From Isosphaeraceae bacterium (GTDB lineage: Bacteria; Planctomycetota; Planctomycetia; Isosphaerales; Isosphaeraceae), in the NCBI GenBank assembly GCA_965201075.1, contig CBDAVP010000011.1, positions 186,001-238,980 on the forward strand: DNA of 52,980 nucleotides, given 5' to 3'. Position numbers and translations under genes: made by a program. The notes under the pieces are model-generated. The model had not been told where the DNA came from. It saw nothing but the letters and a program-made list of their open reading frames with translations, and made no database searches. Below are positions 27,838-37,248 of the stretch, one piece after another. Each line of letters starts with the position of its first letter. The first letter of the stretch is position 1.

Positions 27838-28091
27838 CGCCATCCGCATTCCCCCAACCGGGCCCCCGAAATTCCCGGGATGCCCGGTTGTCCCCAATGT
27901 AGGCGCCGAGGGGGAGGCGTTCCAACCGGCCCCAGGGAATTCCGAGATTTCAGTTGCGTAGGGGTAGGGCACGGGTCACGATGCGGACGTCCCATCGGTC
28001 CGTTCGTCCCCGTTCCCAACGCCATTTCCGAAGCGCCGCGGCTCCGACGGTCGTCCGTCCCGGCCCCGCCGCGCCCGGAGGAGGATGCATC

Positions 28092-28523
28092 GTGAAGATC
28101 CGGGATGTGTTGCGGTCCAAGCGTCGAGGGGCCATCTCCATCGAGTCCGGGGCGACCGTTGGCGAGGCGATTGAGCGACTGGTCGAGCACGACATCGGCT
28201 CCTTGCCGGTGGTCGACCACGGCCGGGTCGTGGGCATCTTCACCGAACGGGACGTGCTGCGAGGGGTCGTCAACTGCGGGGAAGGCTTCTGCCGGACTCG
28301 CGTCGCCGACGTCATGACCCGCGGCCCGGTGATTTGCGAGTCGGAGGACTCGGTCCACGACGCGATGGGACGACTCAGCGCTCATCAGGTCGGCCAGCTT
28401 CCGGTCCTGGACGGCGACGACCTGGTGGGAGTGGTCTCCGGTGGTGACCTCGTGCGGGTCCTGCACGAACACGCTGAGGCCGAGAACCGCCACCTCATGG
28501 CCTACCTCCACGGCTCGACCTGA
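28092..28523 (+). CDS. Stand-alone CBS-pair protein
   Basis: GGAGGAGG RBS before GTG 28092; IGSLPVVD...VVGIFTERDV; VADVMT; LPVLD...LVGVVSGGDLV. Confidence 0.9.
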   Translation: MKIRDVLRSKRRGAISIESGATVGEAIERLVEHDIGSLPVVDHGRVVGIFTERDVLRGVVNCGEGFCRTRVADVMTRGPVICESEDSVHDAMGRLSAHQVGQLPVLDGDDLVGVVSGGDLVRVLHEHAEAENRHLMAYLHGST

Positions 28524-28698
28524 GGGGGCGGATCGTCGCGGGGTCGGTCCGGACCACGCTCGGATTGACGGCGAGACCGATCCGGGCTAAGACACCGGCC
28601 GACCCCCGTCGATCCGGGGCGAGTTGTCGCGCGCCGTCAAACCGAGGCGCGCGACGAACTCGGGCCCGGCGAGATGCACATCCCAGGAAGGGACCATC

Positions 28699-30870
28699 AT
28701 GACGACCAGGAACCACGGCCTCGAACGGCCACGCCTCGCGGATCGGGCGGTGGATTCGAAGGGGCAGGGGGGGGCGATCATCCCGAGAGGCTGGATCGCG
28801 TCGATCGCCGTGGGCGTCGCCCTGCTGGCGAGCTGGGCGTTCTCGCCGGTGCTGGAGAATGGCTTCGTCGACATCGACGACCGGGCGAACTTCCTGGAAA
28901 ACCGCGAGTTCCGCGGCCTGGGGTGGTCGCAGGTGGTCCATGCCTTCACCACTCCGAGAATCGCGGTTTACCAACCGTTGAACTCGCTGCTGGCGAGTGT
29001 GATCCACGAGCATTCCGGGCTTGATCCGTCTGCCTACCACGCGGTGAGCCTGACGCTGCACTCGCTGAACGCGGTGTTGTTGTTCCTGGTGGTGCTTGCC
29101 CTGGTTGGTCGGCGTGACCCCGTGTTGGCGAGGGCCAACCCGAAAGGTCTGGCCATCGCCGCCGGGCTGGCGGTCTCCTGGTACGCGGCCCACCCGCAGA
29201 GAGCCGAGGCGGTTGCCTGGGCCACGGCGCAACTGTATCTCTCGGCGACGACGTTCGCGCTGCTGGCCATCCTGGCCTATCTCCGGGCCTTTCCCGTCGA
29301 GGGCGGTCCCGCCCGGTCGCGAGGGCTGTCAATCTCCTACGCGCTTTCGGTCGCCTCGATGCTGTGCATGCCGGGGGCGGTCGTCCTGCCGTTCGTGTTC
29401 CTGATCCTCGACGCGGCGGTTCTGGGCCGGTTCGACGGACCGGACGGATCGGCGGGGGCCCGGGCGCGACGTTGGGGACGCGGGGTCCTGGAAAAGCTGC
29501 CGATCGTCGTCCCGGCCGTCGCCTTGATGATTGTGGCCTACCTGGCGAAGCGGGCGGGTCGGACGGCCGCGGCTCCCGAACTGGATGGCCTCTGGGGACG
29601 GCTGGCGCAGGTCGCTTATGGTGTCTGGCTGTATCTGGGGAAGGCCGTCGCGCCGATCGGTCTGAGCCCGTTTTACCCCCGTCCCGAGCGGGGCGATTTC
29701 CGCGCTCCGGTTTTCCTGGGGGCGGTGGTGGGACTGATCGCGGCCAGCCTTTTGGTCATGGTGGCGAGGAGGAAGGTCCGTTGGCTGCCGTGGGTCTGGG
29801 GCGCGTATCTCCTGATCCTCTTGCCGCACCTGGGATTGATCCCCGTGGGCAAGACGATCGCCGCCGACCGCTACACCTACCTGGCGACCGTGGTTTGGGT
29901 CGCGCCGATCGCCGCCGGGATGGCGTGCCTGGGTCGTCGACTGCCGACGGCCCGGGTTCAGACCGTAGCGGTCGTGGCGGGTGTCGCGGTGGCGGTCGGA
30001 CTGGCGGGGCTTTCGCGGGTCCAGTCGCGGATCTGGCACGACCCGCAAACGCTCTGGTCGCGGGCCCTGGCGTGCGCCCCGGCCAGCTCGCAAGTTCATG
30101 CCCTATTGGGGACGGCCCTGAGCGAGTCGGGCCAGCCGGTCAAGGCGCTGGCCGAATTCGACCGGGCGCTGGCAATTGGGGGGGATGACGCCGAGACCCT
30201 GGTCAAGCGTGGGGCGACCCTCGCGGCGCTGGGAAGGCTGGACGAGGCCGAGGCCAGCGACCGCAAGGCCCTGGCCTTGAATCCCTCGCTGCCCCTGGCG
30301 TCGTTGAACCTGGGGATCGTCGAGTCGCTGCGGGGCCGCAACGCCGAGGCGATCGCCCTCTACCGGCGGGCCCTGGAGTTTTCGCCGAAGTGGCTCCCCG
30401 CGCTGGTGAAACTGGGGATCGCCGAGCTTCAGGGAGGGGACGCCGCCGGGGCGGAGACGACCTTGCGAACCGCGCTGGAGCTGTCTCCCGAGGACATCGA
30501 GGCCCGTGCCACCCTGGGCGCTTCCCTGGCCATGCAAGGCCAGGGAGACGCGGCGATGACCGAATACGACCAGGTTTTGCGGAGCGACCCGAACCACGTT
30601 CCCACCCTGGTCAACCTGGGAATGGCGCTGGCGAAAGCGGGACAGTTGGACCAGGCGGTGGACCCGTTGGCCAGGGCCGTCGCCCTCGACCCGGCCAACG
30701 CCGACGCCCATCACGCTCTGGGGGTGATCCTCGCCGGTCGAGGGCGGATGGCCGAGGCTGCCGCCGAGTTCGATCAGGCCTTGCGCATTCGCCCCGACCA
30801 TCCTCAGGCGAAAGTCCTGCTGGGGATGGTCCGGCAACAGTTGGGAGCGACGGCCGCCATGACTCGTTGA
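28699..30870 (+). CDS. TMTC-like membrane protein (GT-C-type domain plus TPR repeats)
   Basis: NGFVDIDD, YQPL, YHAVSLTLH, HPQRAEAVAW, ADRYTYL, and about 7-8 C-terminal TPR repeats. Confidence 0.85.
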   Translation: MTTRNHGLERPRLADRAVDSKGQGGAIIPRGWIASIAVGVALLASWAFSPVLENGFVDIDDRANFLENREFRGLGWSQVVHAFTTPRIAVYQPLNSLLASVIHEHSGLDPSAYHAVSLTLHSLNAVLLFLVVLALVGRRDPVLARANPKGLAIAAGLAVSWYAAHPQRAEAVAWATAQLYLSATTFALLAILAYLRAFPVEGGPARSRGLSISYALSVASMLCMPGAVVLPFVFLILDAAVLGRFDGPDGSAGARARRWGRGVLEKLPIVVPAVALMIVAYLAKRAGRTAAAPELDGLWGRLAQVAYGVWLYLGKAVAPIGLSPFYPRPERGDFRAPVFLGAVVGLIAASLLVMVARRKVRWLPWVWGAYLLILLPHLGLIPVGKTIAADRYTYLATVVWVAPIAAGMACLGRRLPTARVQTVAVVAGVAVAVGLAGLSRVQSRIWHDPQTLWSRALACAPASSQVHALLGTALSESGQPVKALAEFDRALAIGGDDAETLVKRGATLAALGRLDEAEASDRKALALNPSLPLASLNLGIVESLRGRNAEAIALYRRALEFSPKWLPALVKLGIAELQGGDAAGAETTLRTALELSPEDIEARATLGASLAMQGQGDAAMTEYDQVLRSDPNHVPTLVNLGMALAKAGQLDQAVDPLARAVALDPANADAHHALGVILAGRGRMAEAAAEFDQALRIRPDHPQAKVLLGMVRQQLGATAAMTR

Positions 30871-30884
30871 GGTCCAAAAGGGAA

Positions 30885-30921
30885 GATCGAGACGGGGTTC
30901 GAAGTTCGAACTCGACCGATC
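30885..30921. terminator. Hairpin between the convergent TPR and ribBA genes
   Basis: GATCG..CGGGGTTCGAA-G-TTCGAACTCG..CGATC inverted repeat. Confidence 0.4.
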
Positions 30922-30927
30922 GCCCCG

Positions 30928-32208
30928 TTATCGAACGTCGTGGGTCGGTTCGACGGGGAGCAGGTGGCCCAGCTTTTCCCGCTTGGCGGCCAGGTACTTC
31001 CGACGATCCGCCTCGTCGGGGGCGATAATGGGGATCTGGTCGACCACTTCCAGGCCGTAGCCGTGGAGGACGAAGGCGTCGACCTTCTTGGGGTTGTTGG
31101 TCATCAGGCGGACCTGCGACAGCCCCAGGTCTCGCAGGATCTGAAGGCCGATCCCATAGTCTCGAGGGTCGGCCTGGTAGCCCAGGGCGAGGTTGGCCTC
31201 GACGGTGTCGAGCCCCTGGTCCTGGAGCGCGTAGGCTCTCAACTTTTCGATCAGGCCGATCCCCCGACCCTCTTGCGGCAGGTAAAGCAGGGCCCCCACC
31301 CCCTCCCGGCCGATCATCTCCAGCGCCATGCGCAACTGGTCGCCGCAGTCGCAGCGGAGGGAGTCGAGCAAATCGCCGGTGAAGCAGGAGGAGTGGACGC
31401 GGACCAAGGGCGCGGGGATCGAGGCGAGGTCGCCCATGACGAAGGCGATCGGCTCGTTGCCTGGCTCGTGCTCGACCCGGTAGCCGACGATGGTCCCCCG
31501 TCCGTAGCGGGTGGGCATTTCGGCCTGGGCGACCCGGGAAACCAATTTCTCTCTGCGGCGTCGGTAGGCGATCAAGGTTTCGATCGAGAGGATCGGCAAG
31601 TCGAATTCGGCGGCCAGGGCGTGCAACTGGTCGCGGCTGGCGCGTCCGGTGCCGTGGAGGATCTCGCAAAGGACCCCCGCCGGCTTCAACCCCGCCATGC
31701 GGGCTAGGTCGACGGCCGCCTCGGTGTGGCCGGCGCGTCGCAGGACGCCCCCTTCCTTGGCGATCAACGGAAACAGATGGCCGGGTCGCACGAGGTCGGC
31801 GGGTCTCGTGGACGGGTCGAGGATGGCCCGAACCGTCCGGGCCCTCTCCTCGGCGGTAATTCCCGTGCGGCAACTGACGTGGTCGACGGGGATCGTGTAG
31901 GGGGTTTGATGGGGAGAGGTGTTCCGCTCAACCATCATTGGCAGATCGAGACGCTGGGCCAATTCGGGGACGATCGGCATGCAAAACTGACCGCGACCGT
32001 GGGTAATCATGAACTCAACAAGTTCGGGGGTCACGGCCTCGGCCGCGGCGATAAAGTCCCCCTCGTCCTCGCGGGCCTCGTCGTCGACGACGATCACCGC
32101 CCGCCCCTGGGCGATCGCCCGGAGCGCGTCCTCGACCTTGGAAAAGCCCTGGTTCATCCCATCCGCCCTCTCGGTCCGCGTCACCGGCGGATCAATCGCC
32201 AACGACAT
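30928..32208 (-). CDS. ribBA: Bifunctional 3,4-dihydroxy-2-butanone-4-phosphate synthase / GTP cyclohydrolase II
   Basis: VVDDEAREDEGD, RPGHLFPL, RAGHTEAAVDL, VRVHSSCFTGD..SLRCDCG, QEGRGIGL, LMTNNPKK. Alternative start at 32157. Confidence 0.97.
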   Translation of the reverse strand: MSLAIDPPVTRTERADGMNQGFSKVEDALRAIAQGRAVIVVDDEAREDEGDFIAAAEAVTPELVEFMITHGRGQFCMPIVPELAQRLDLPMMVERNTSPHQTPYTIPVDHVSCRTGITAEERARTVRAILDPSTRPADLVRPGHLFPLIAKEGGVLRRAGHTEAAVDLARMAGLKPAGVLCEILHGTGRASRDQLHALAAEFDLPILSIETLIAYRRRREKLVSRVAQAEMPTRYGRGTIVGYRVEHEPGNEPIAFVMGDLASIPAPLVRVHSSCFTGDLLDSLRCDCGDQLRMALEMIGREGVGALLYLPQEGRGIGLIEKLRAYALQDQGLDTVEANLALGYQADPRDYGIGLQILRDLGLSQVRLMTNNPKKVDAFVLHGYGLEVVDQIPIIAPDEADRRKYLAAKREKLGHLLPVEPTHDVR

Positions 32209-32321
32209 CCCTCATCATAGTATAGGAGACCTGGAAGGGGCGGACGACCGCTGATGGCCGGGCCTGGGGGGAGTTGCTACGATCGAGCCGCCGACCCTGC
32301 CGCCCAAGGGAATCCCGCCGC

Positions 32322-34337
32322 ATGCCCAGCCAAGTCGTCCCCAGCCGTTCCCCTCGCTGGGTGTTACTCGCCGCGGCGGTCCTGCTGAGCTTGCAGGCGG
32401 GGCTGGCCGTCGACAGCCTGTTGAGGGAAAACCCAACGGTCGACGAGGTCGCCCACCTGCCGGCCGGGATCAGCTACTGGAAGACTGGATCGTTCAAGCT
32501 GTACCCGCACAACCCCCCGCTGGTGCGTTTGCTGGCGGCCTTGTCGGTCCTGGCGACCGAGACGGGCCTGCGGTGGTCGCCTGGGTCGTATCTCAACGGC
32601 CCCTATCCAAATACCTCTGGGGTCGCCCACGAGTTCGCCGAGGCCAACGCCCGCCGCTTCTTCGAACTCTTCGCCAATGCCCGTTTAATGATGCCGGCTT
32701 TTCTGGTCATCGGCGGCCTGATGGTTTTCTTGTGGTCGCGAACACTCCACGGAGACGGGGGCGGGCTCCTCAGCCTGACCGTTTGGGCCTTCTGCCCCAA
32801 TCTACTGGCCCATGGGCGACTCATCACCACCGATGTCGCCGCCACTTCGCTGGGATTTGCCGCCACGTTCGGGTTCTGGCGGTATCTGCGCAATCCCACA
32901 AGGGGACGCGCGGCCGGGGCGGGGCTGTTGCTGGGCCTGGCGGAGTTGGCGAAGTTCAGCAACCTCCTTTTGTATGCGCTCTGGCCGTTGATCTGGGTCG
33001 TCCACGAAGGATTCTTGGGAAGAGCCGAGGGGCGTTGGCGACGGGTCGCGAGGTATGTGGGGCAGGGGGGGGTGATGGTCGCCCTCAGTGTTCTGGTGAT
33101 CGACCTGGGGTATGGATTCGAAGGGGTGGGAACACCTCTCGGCTCGCCGAGGTTTGAATTCGCCAGCAGGACGTTGACCCGGCCGGCCGAGCGGACATAC
33201 CCGCCTGGCGGTAACGACTTGCTGAACCTGGCGTGGAGCCACCGCGTCAACCGCTTCCGGGGGACGCCCCTCGCCGACTTGCCGAGCCCCCTGCCAGTGT
33301 TTTACTGGGTGGGTTTCGACCTTCAGAAGCTGGAAGCCGAAGGGATTCCGAAACACTGGGCCTGGAGGCCGGGGGAGGGTCCGAAACCCGGCCCGGACGA
33401 AATCCAGGGCTACCCGGTTTACCTTGACGGCACGCTCCGCCAGACCGGCTGGTGGTATTACTACGTCCTCGCCCTCGCCTACAAGGTGCCCGAAGGGACG
33501 ATCGCACTGGTGGGCCTGGGCCTCTTGATCCTGGCGTTTCGCGGGCGGACCCCCGGGGCCTGGGTCGACGAGCTGACCTTGCTTTCGGTTCCGACGACGG
33601 TGCTGGCCGTGATGAGCCTGGCCACGGACATCAATCTCGGCCTGCGATACGTCCTGCCGATCTTTCCTTACCTGTTCACGGCTACGGGGAAAGTGGTTCC
33701 CTGGGCCGTCGGTCTGGGGTCGAAGTTCGCACGGCGGATCGCGGGGACGTCCCTCGGGCTGGCCCTGGGGGCGACGATCGTGGCCTCCGCGCTGATCCAT
33801 CCCCATTACCTCGCCTACTTCAACGCGGCCTCGGGCGGGCCGGCGCGGGGGTCGGAGCACCTGATCGATAGCAATCTCGACTGGGGCCAGGACCTGATCA
33901 ATCTGCGGGAATGGCTCCGCCAACACGGCGACGAGCGGGTGGGCCTGGCCTATTTCGGACAGATCAACCCCGGGATCTTCGCCTTGCGGGGCGACGGCTT
34001 CGACTGGTTCCTGCCGCCCGCGCGTCCCGGCGCCTGGCAAGGGACAACGCCCCCGGGCCCCGAAGCGCGCCGGCCGCCGGTGCCGGGCCTTTACGCGGTG
34101 AGCGCCTCGCTGGTGAGAGGGTTGGACTGGCGCGTCTATGCGCCGAACCGCTGGGCGTATTACGACGCCCGACACGTCCCAGGGCTGGTCGAAGGGAGCG
34201 CCTTCGGGTATTTCCGCGAACTTACGCCGATCGACAAGGTCGGGTTCTCGATCTTCGTGTACCGCCTCGACGCCGCCGACTGCGACCGCCTCGCCCGTCA
34301 CTGGGACGCCCGACGCGCTAGCGAGGTCCGACCTTGA
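32322..34337 (+). CDS. ArnT/PMT (GT-C fold, GT39/GT83-like) membrane glycosyltransferase
   Basis: PTVDEVAHL, NPPL, LAHGRLITTD, ELAKFS, GLRYVLP, DSNLDWGQD; multiple TM helices. Confidence 0.85.
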   Translation: MPSQVVPSRSPRWVLLAAAVLLSLQAGLAVDSLLRENPTVDEVAHLPAGISYWKTGSFKLYPHNPPLVRLLAALSVLATETGLRWSPGSYLNGPYPNTSGVAHEFAEANARRFFELFANARLMMPAFLVIGGLMVFLWSRTLHGDGGGLLSLTVWAFCPNLLAHGRLITTDVAATSLGFAATFGFWRYLRNPTRGRAAGAGLLLGLAELAKFSNLLLYALWPLIWVVHEGFLGRAEGRWRRVARYVGQGGVMVALSVLVIDLGYGFEGVGTPLGSPRFEFASRTLTRPAERTYPPGGNDLLNLAWSHRVNRFRGTPLADLPSPLPVFYWVGFDLQKLEAEGIPKHWAWRPGEGPKPGPDEIQGYPVYLDGTLRQTGWWYYYVLALAYKVPEGTIALVGLGLLILAFRGRTPGAWVDELTLLSVPTTVLAVMSLATDINLGLRYVLPIFPYLFTATGKVVPWAVGLGSKFARRIAGTSLGLALGATIVASALIHPHYLAYFNAASGGPARGSEHLIDSNLDWGQDLINLREWLRQHGDERVGLAYFGQINPGIFALRGDGFDWFLPPARPGAWQGTTPPGPEARRPPVPGLYAVSASLVRGLDWRVYAPNRWAYYDARHVPGLVEGSAFGYFRELTPIDKVGFSIFVYRLDAADCDRLARHWDARRASEVRP

Positions 34338-35334
34338 GCGTCGGGACGGCCGGCGAGGGGCGGGGGGTCGTGGTCGGGCCGAGGATTTTGGGGGCCGGGC
34401 CGTCCCACTCCAGGCGATCCAGCCGCAAGGTTCGTCCGCTGGGGTTCCGGCCGTAGCGAGGCTCTCCCTGGGCGTCCCAGGCGTGGTAAACCACCCACCA
34501 GTTGGCGTCGGGCAGGGGGACGACGCTCGGGTGCCCGGGTCCGTAGACCTTGTCGGGAACCGTCGCCATCAAAGGGACCGGCGTCTTGGAATAAGGGCCG
34601 TTCAGCGCCGGAGACGAGGCGTGAGCCACCGAATACCCGGGTCCATCGCGCGTCCCTTCGTACGGGCCGGCGGAATAGAAGAGGTGGTAAACTCCCGCCC
34701 GCTTGAGGATCGTCGGGGCTTCGGTGACACCGAACTCCCAGGGCTGGTCGGGGTGAATCAACTCCAGCGGTTCGCCGTCCTCGACGCCCAGGAGGTCGGG
34801 CTTGAGACGCCTCAGGACGATGCGGCGCGGATCTTCCTCGCTATAGATCAAGGACGCCGCCCCGTCCTCCTCGGCGAAGATGGTCGCGTCGATCACGCCC
34901 GGTCCTGGCCCTTTTCCCAGCACCAGGAACGTCCGGTGGCGGAACGGCCCCAGGGGACTTTCTCCCATGGCCACCGCGATGTTGTGCTTGCGGGTGACGG
35001 GGTCGAGCGCTGAGTAGGTCAGAAAGAACTGGCCGCCTCGCCGGAAGACCTCGGGTGCCCAAAAGTGCTCCTTGGCCCAGACGACCGGTAGTTCCAGGTC
35101 GCGAGGAGTCCAGTGGACCAGGTCGGGCGAGTCGAGGAGCTGAAACCCTTTGCCCTCGGTCTGCGTCCCGTAGGCGTAAAAGTGTCCCTCATGGACCAGG
35201 ACGAATGGGTCGGGGAAGTCCTTGGGATACACCGGATTGGTATAGGTTGGCGGCTCCTGGCCGAGCGAGGCGCTGGCGAGGATTAGCAGCAGGGCAAAGG
35301 TTCGCCGCGGGGATAGGCCCCATCCTGAAGTCAT
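34318..35334 (-). CDS. Secreted glycoside hydrolase family 43
   Basis: Signal peptide; NPV...FPDPFV, WAPEV, IDA, TEAP, GPGH, VYHAW. Confidence 0.92.
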   Translation of the reverse strand: MTSGWGLSPRRTFALLLILASASLGQEPPTYTNPVYPKDFPDPFVLVHEGHFYAYGTQTEGKGFQLLDSPDLVHWTPRDLELPVVWAKEHFWAPEVFRRGGQFFLTYSALDPVTRKHNIAVAMGESPLGPFRHRTFLVLGKGPGPGVIDATIFAEEDGAASLIYSEEDPRRIVLRRLKPDLLGVEDGEPLELIHPDQPWEFGVTEAPTILKRAGVYHLFYSAGPYEGTRDGPGYSVAHASSPALNGPYSKTPVPLMATVPDKVYGPGHPSVVPLPDANWWVVYHAWDAQGEPRYGRNPSGRTLRLDRLEWDGPAPKILGPTTTPRPSPAVPTLKVGPR

Positions 35335-35385
35335 CGCGTCCGCCCCCCCGGGGGGCGCCGCGATCGTTGCGGCAACGCCCCGAAA

Positions 35386-36273
35386 TCAATGATGCGCCAG
35401 GTGAGGCAGCTTCACCAGCCGGGAGCGAATCAAATATTGCCCCAACACCACGACGGCCAGGGTGATCGGCGAGATGGCCGCCTCCAGCCACGGCCCGGTC
35501 ATCGTCAGGGCGAGCGTCGCGAGTGTTCCGACGACACCGATCCCCGTGGCGTCACGGACGAAGGACGACGACGCGCCGAGGTTGGGTCGCATCCCCGCGA
35601 GCATCAGCCCCAACGGAACCAGATTCAGGACCACCAGGACACGGAACGCCGGCAGCAACCGGGCCGAGGCTGGTGAATCACCCGAGAGGCTCGCGAGCAT
35701 CCAGGTCACGCCAGCGCCCAGCAGGAACGCCGAGTTCATCAGGTAGCCGCCCAACCAGCGGGCGTCCTTCCAACCCGGCTGGGAACTCGTGCTGAACAGC
35801 ACCCCTTTATACGCTGCCGAGCCCAAAACTGGCAGCAGCCCCGCGACCACCAGGACCAGGTGAACCCACCGAGGCTCCGACCACCCGACCCCACTCGCCA
35901 CTCCCAGCACGACAAGACCGGTCAAAGGCAAGGAAAAAACGCTCAGGCACCAGGTCCCCAGCGACATCGGCGAGCCGAGTTTGACGACCCGCAACATGTG
36001 GTGGAACCGCAAGGGGTCACCCAGGTCGAGCACCAGGCACGCCAGGTCGGCCATCAGAAAGACCCACGCCAGGGGATAGGCCCACTGGGTCACCCGGACC
36101 AGGGCAGAACTCGCCAGTTCCCCCAGAGCGGCGACCAGGAATGTGCCCGTCGCCAGGTTGTTGAGCAAGAGGTCCCAGGCCACCAGGCCATGCCAGTTGG
36201 GAGGTTGGGTCACCTCGCGATCGTGATACCCTCCGGCCTGAATCTGGTCAACGGTCGCGGTCCGCTTTGGCAT
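35386..36273 (-). CDS. NrfD/PsrC-family membrane anchor subunit
   Basis: LVLDLGDPLRFHHML, SPMSLGTW, YKGVLFSTSSQPGW; about 8 TM helices; follows the Fe-S subunit. Confidence 0.88.
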   Translation of the reverse strand: MPKRTATVDQIQAGGYHDREVTQPPNWHGLVAWDLLLNNLATGTFLVAALGELASSALVRVTQWAYPLAWVFLMADLACLVLDLGDPLRFHHMLRVVKLGSPMSLGTWCLSVFSLPLTGLVVLGVASGVGWSEPRWVHLVLVVAGLLPVLGSAAYKGVLFSTSSQPGWKDARWLGGYLMNSAFLLGAGVTWMLASLSGDSPASARLLPAFRVLVVLNLVPLGLMLAGMRPNLGASSSFVRDATGIGVVGTLATLALTMTGPWLEAAISPITLAVVVLGQYLIRSRLVKLPHLAHH

Positions 36274-36276
36274 CGT

Positions 36277-37248
36277 TCAGGAGCCCAGCAGGAGGACGGC
36301 CAGCAAGGCCCCGGCCGAGACCAGCCCGCCGACCGCCGCTCTCGCGTAGTCGCCGGCCATGTTCAGCCAGGGGTTGAACGGGGCTTCCGGCAGGCCGTAG
36401 GTCGACGGGGTGTCCACCAGCAGGTAGAACGAGTGCAACTCCGAGTACGTCTCCGTCTCCTCGTCGCCGTAGAGCCGAGCCCGGGTCTCGCCCCGACCTT
36501 GCAGTTCGGCCACTCGCCGACGGGCGCGCTCGCGAAGCTCGTCGATCGGCCCGAACTGGATCGACGCCGTCGGGCACGCCTTGGCGCAGGCTGGGACCAA
36601 GCCGTCTCGCTGGCGGTCGAAACAGAGCGTGCACTTGTGGGCGTGGCCGTCGAAATGACTGCGGGTAATGACCCCGAAGGGACAGGCGGCGATGCAGTAA
36701 GCGCAGCCGTTGCAAATGTCTGGCTGGATGTAGACGTTGGCGAACTCGTTGGTGACGATCGCCCCGGTCGGGCAAGCGTGCTGGCAGGGGGCGGCGGCGC
36801 AGTGCTTGCAGACGTCGCTCATCATCAGCCAGCGGGCGTGGCCGTGATCGGCTTCGCCCATCAGGGAATCCAGCGTGACCGCCTTTTCGACGATGCCGGG
36901 GTCGCCCGCCTCGGGAAAGGACGGCAGGGTCGACTCGGGAAACTGCTCGACGAATTTGACGTGCCGCCAGGAGGTCGCCGAAAGCCTCTGAGTGTTGTCG
37001 TAACTGCGTCCCGACCAGTGAAAGCCGTCGGCCGGCAACTGGTTCCACTGCTTGCAGGCAACTTCGCACGCCTTGCAGCCGATGCAGACGGTGGTATCGG
37101 TGTAGAATCCGGTGGCGACGGCGGGGGAGGGGGTGTCACCGCGACGGAACGGGTCAGTCAGTCCGGCGACGATCTTTCCCAGAAGACCGCTCGGGGAAGG
37201 GTCGACGGCCTGGGGTAACTCCTCCAGTTCAAACTCCCGGGCCGTCAT
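36277..37248 (-). CDS. Formate dehydrogenase iron-sulfur (beta) subunit
   Basis: CIGCKACEVAC, CKHCAAAPCQHACP, CNGCAYCIAACP, KCTLC...PACAKACP; hydrophobic C-terminus. Start MTAREFEL at 37248. Confidence 0.93.
   Translation of the reverse strand: MTAREFELEELPQAVDPSPSGLLGKIVAGLTDPFRRGDTPSPAVATGFYTDTTVCIGCKACEVACKQWNQLPADGFHWSGRSYDNTQRLSATSWRHVKFVEQFPESTLPSFPEAGDPGIVEKAVTLDSLMGEADHGHARWLMMSDVCKHCAAAPCQHACPTGAIVTNEFANVYIQPDICNGCAYCIAACPFGVITRSHFDGHAHKCTLCFDRQRDGLVPACAKACPTASIQFGPIDELRERARRRVAELQGRGETRARLYGDEETETYSELHSFYLLVDTPSTYGLPEAPFNPWLNMAGDYARAAVGGLVSAGALLAVLLLGS

Noticed and set aside
32209..32321. FMN riboswitch upstream of ribBA
   Set aside because: The spacer is about 110 bp, is shared with a divergent gene and lacks RFN consensus; a TATACT -10-like box lies only about 10 nt before the ORF.
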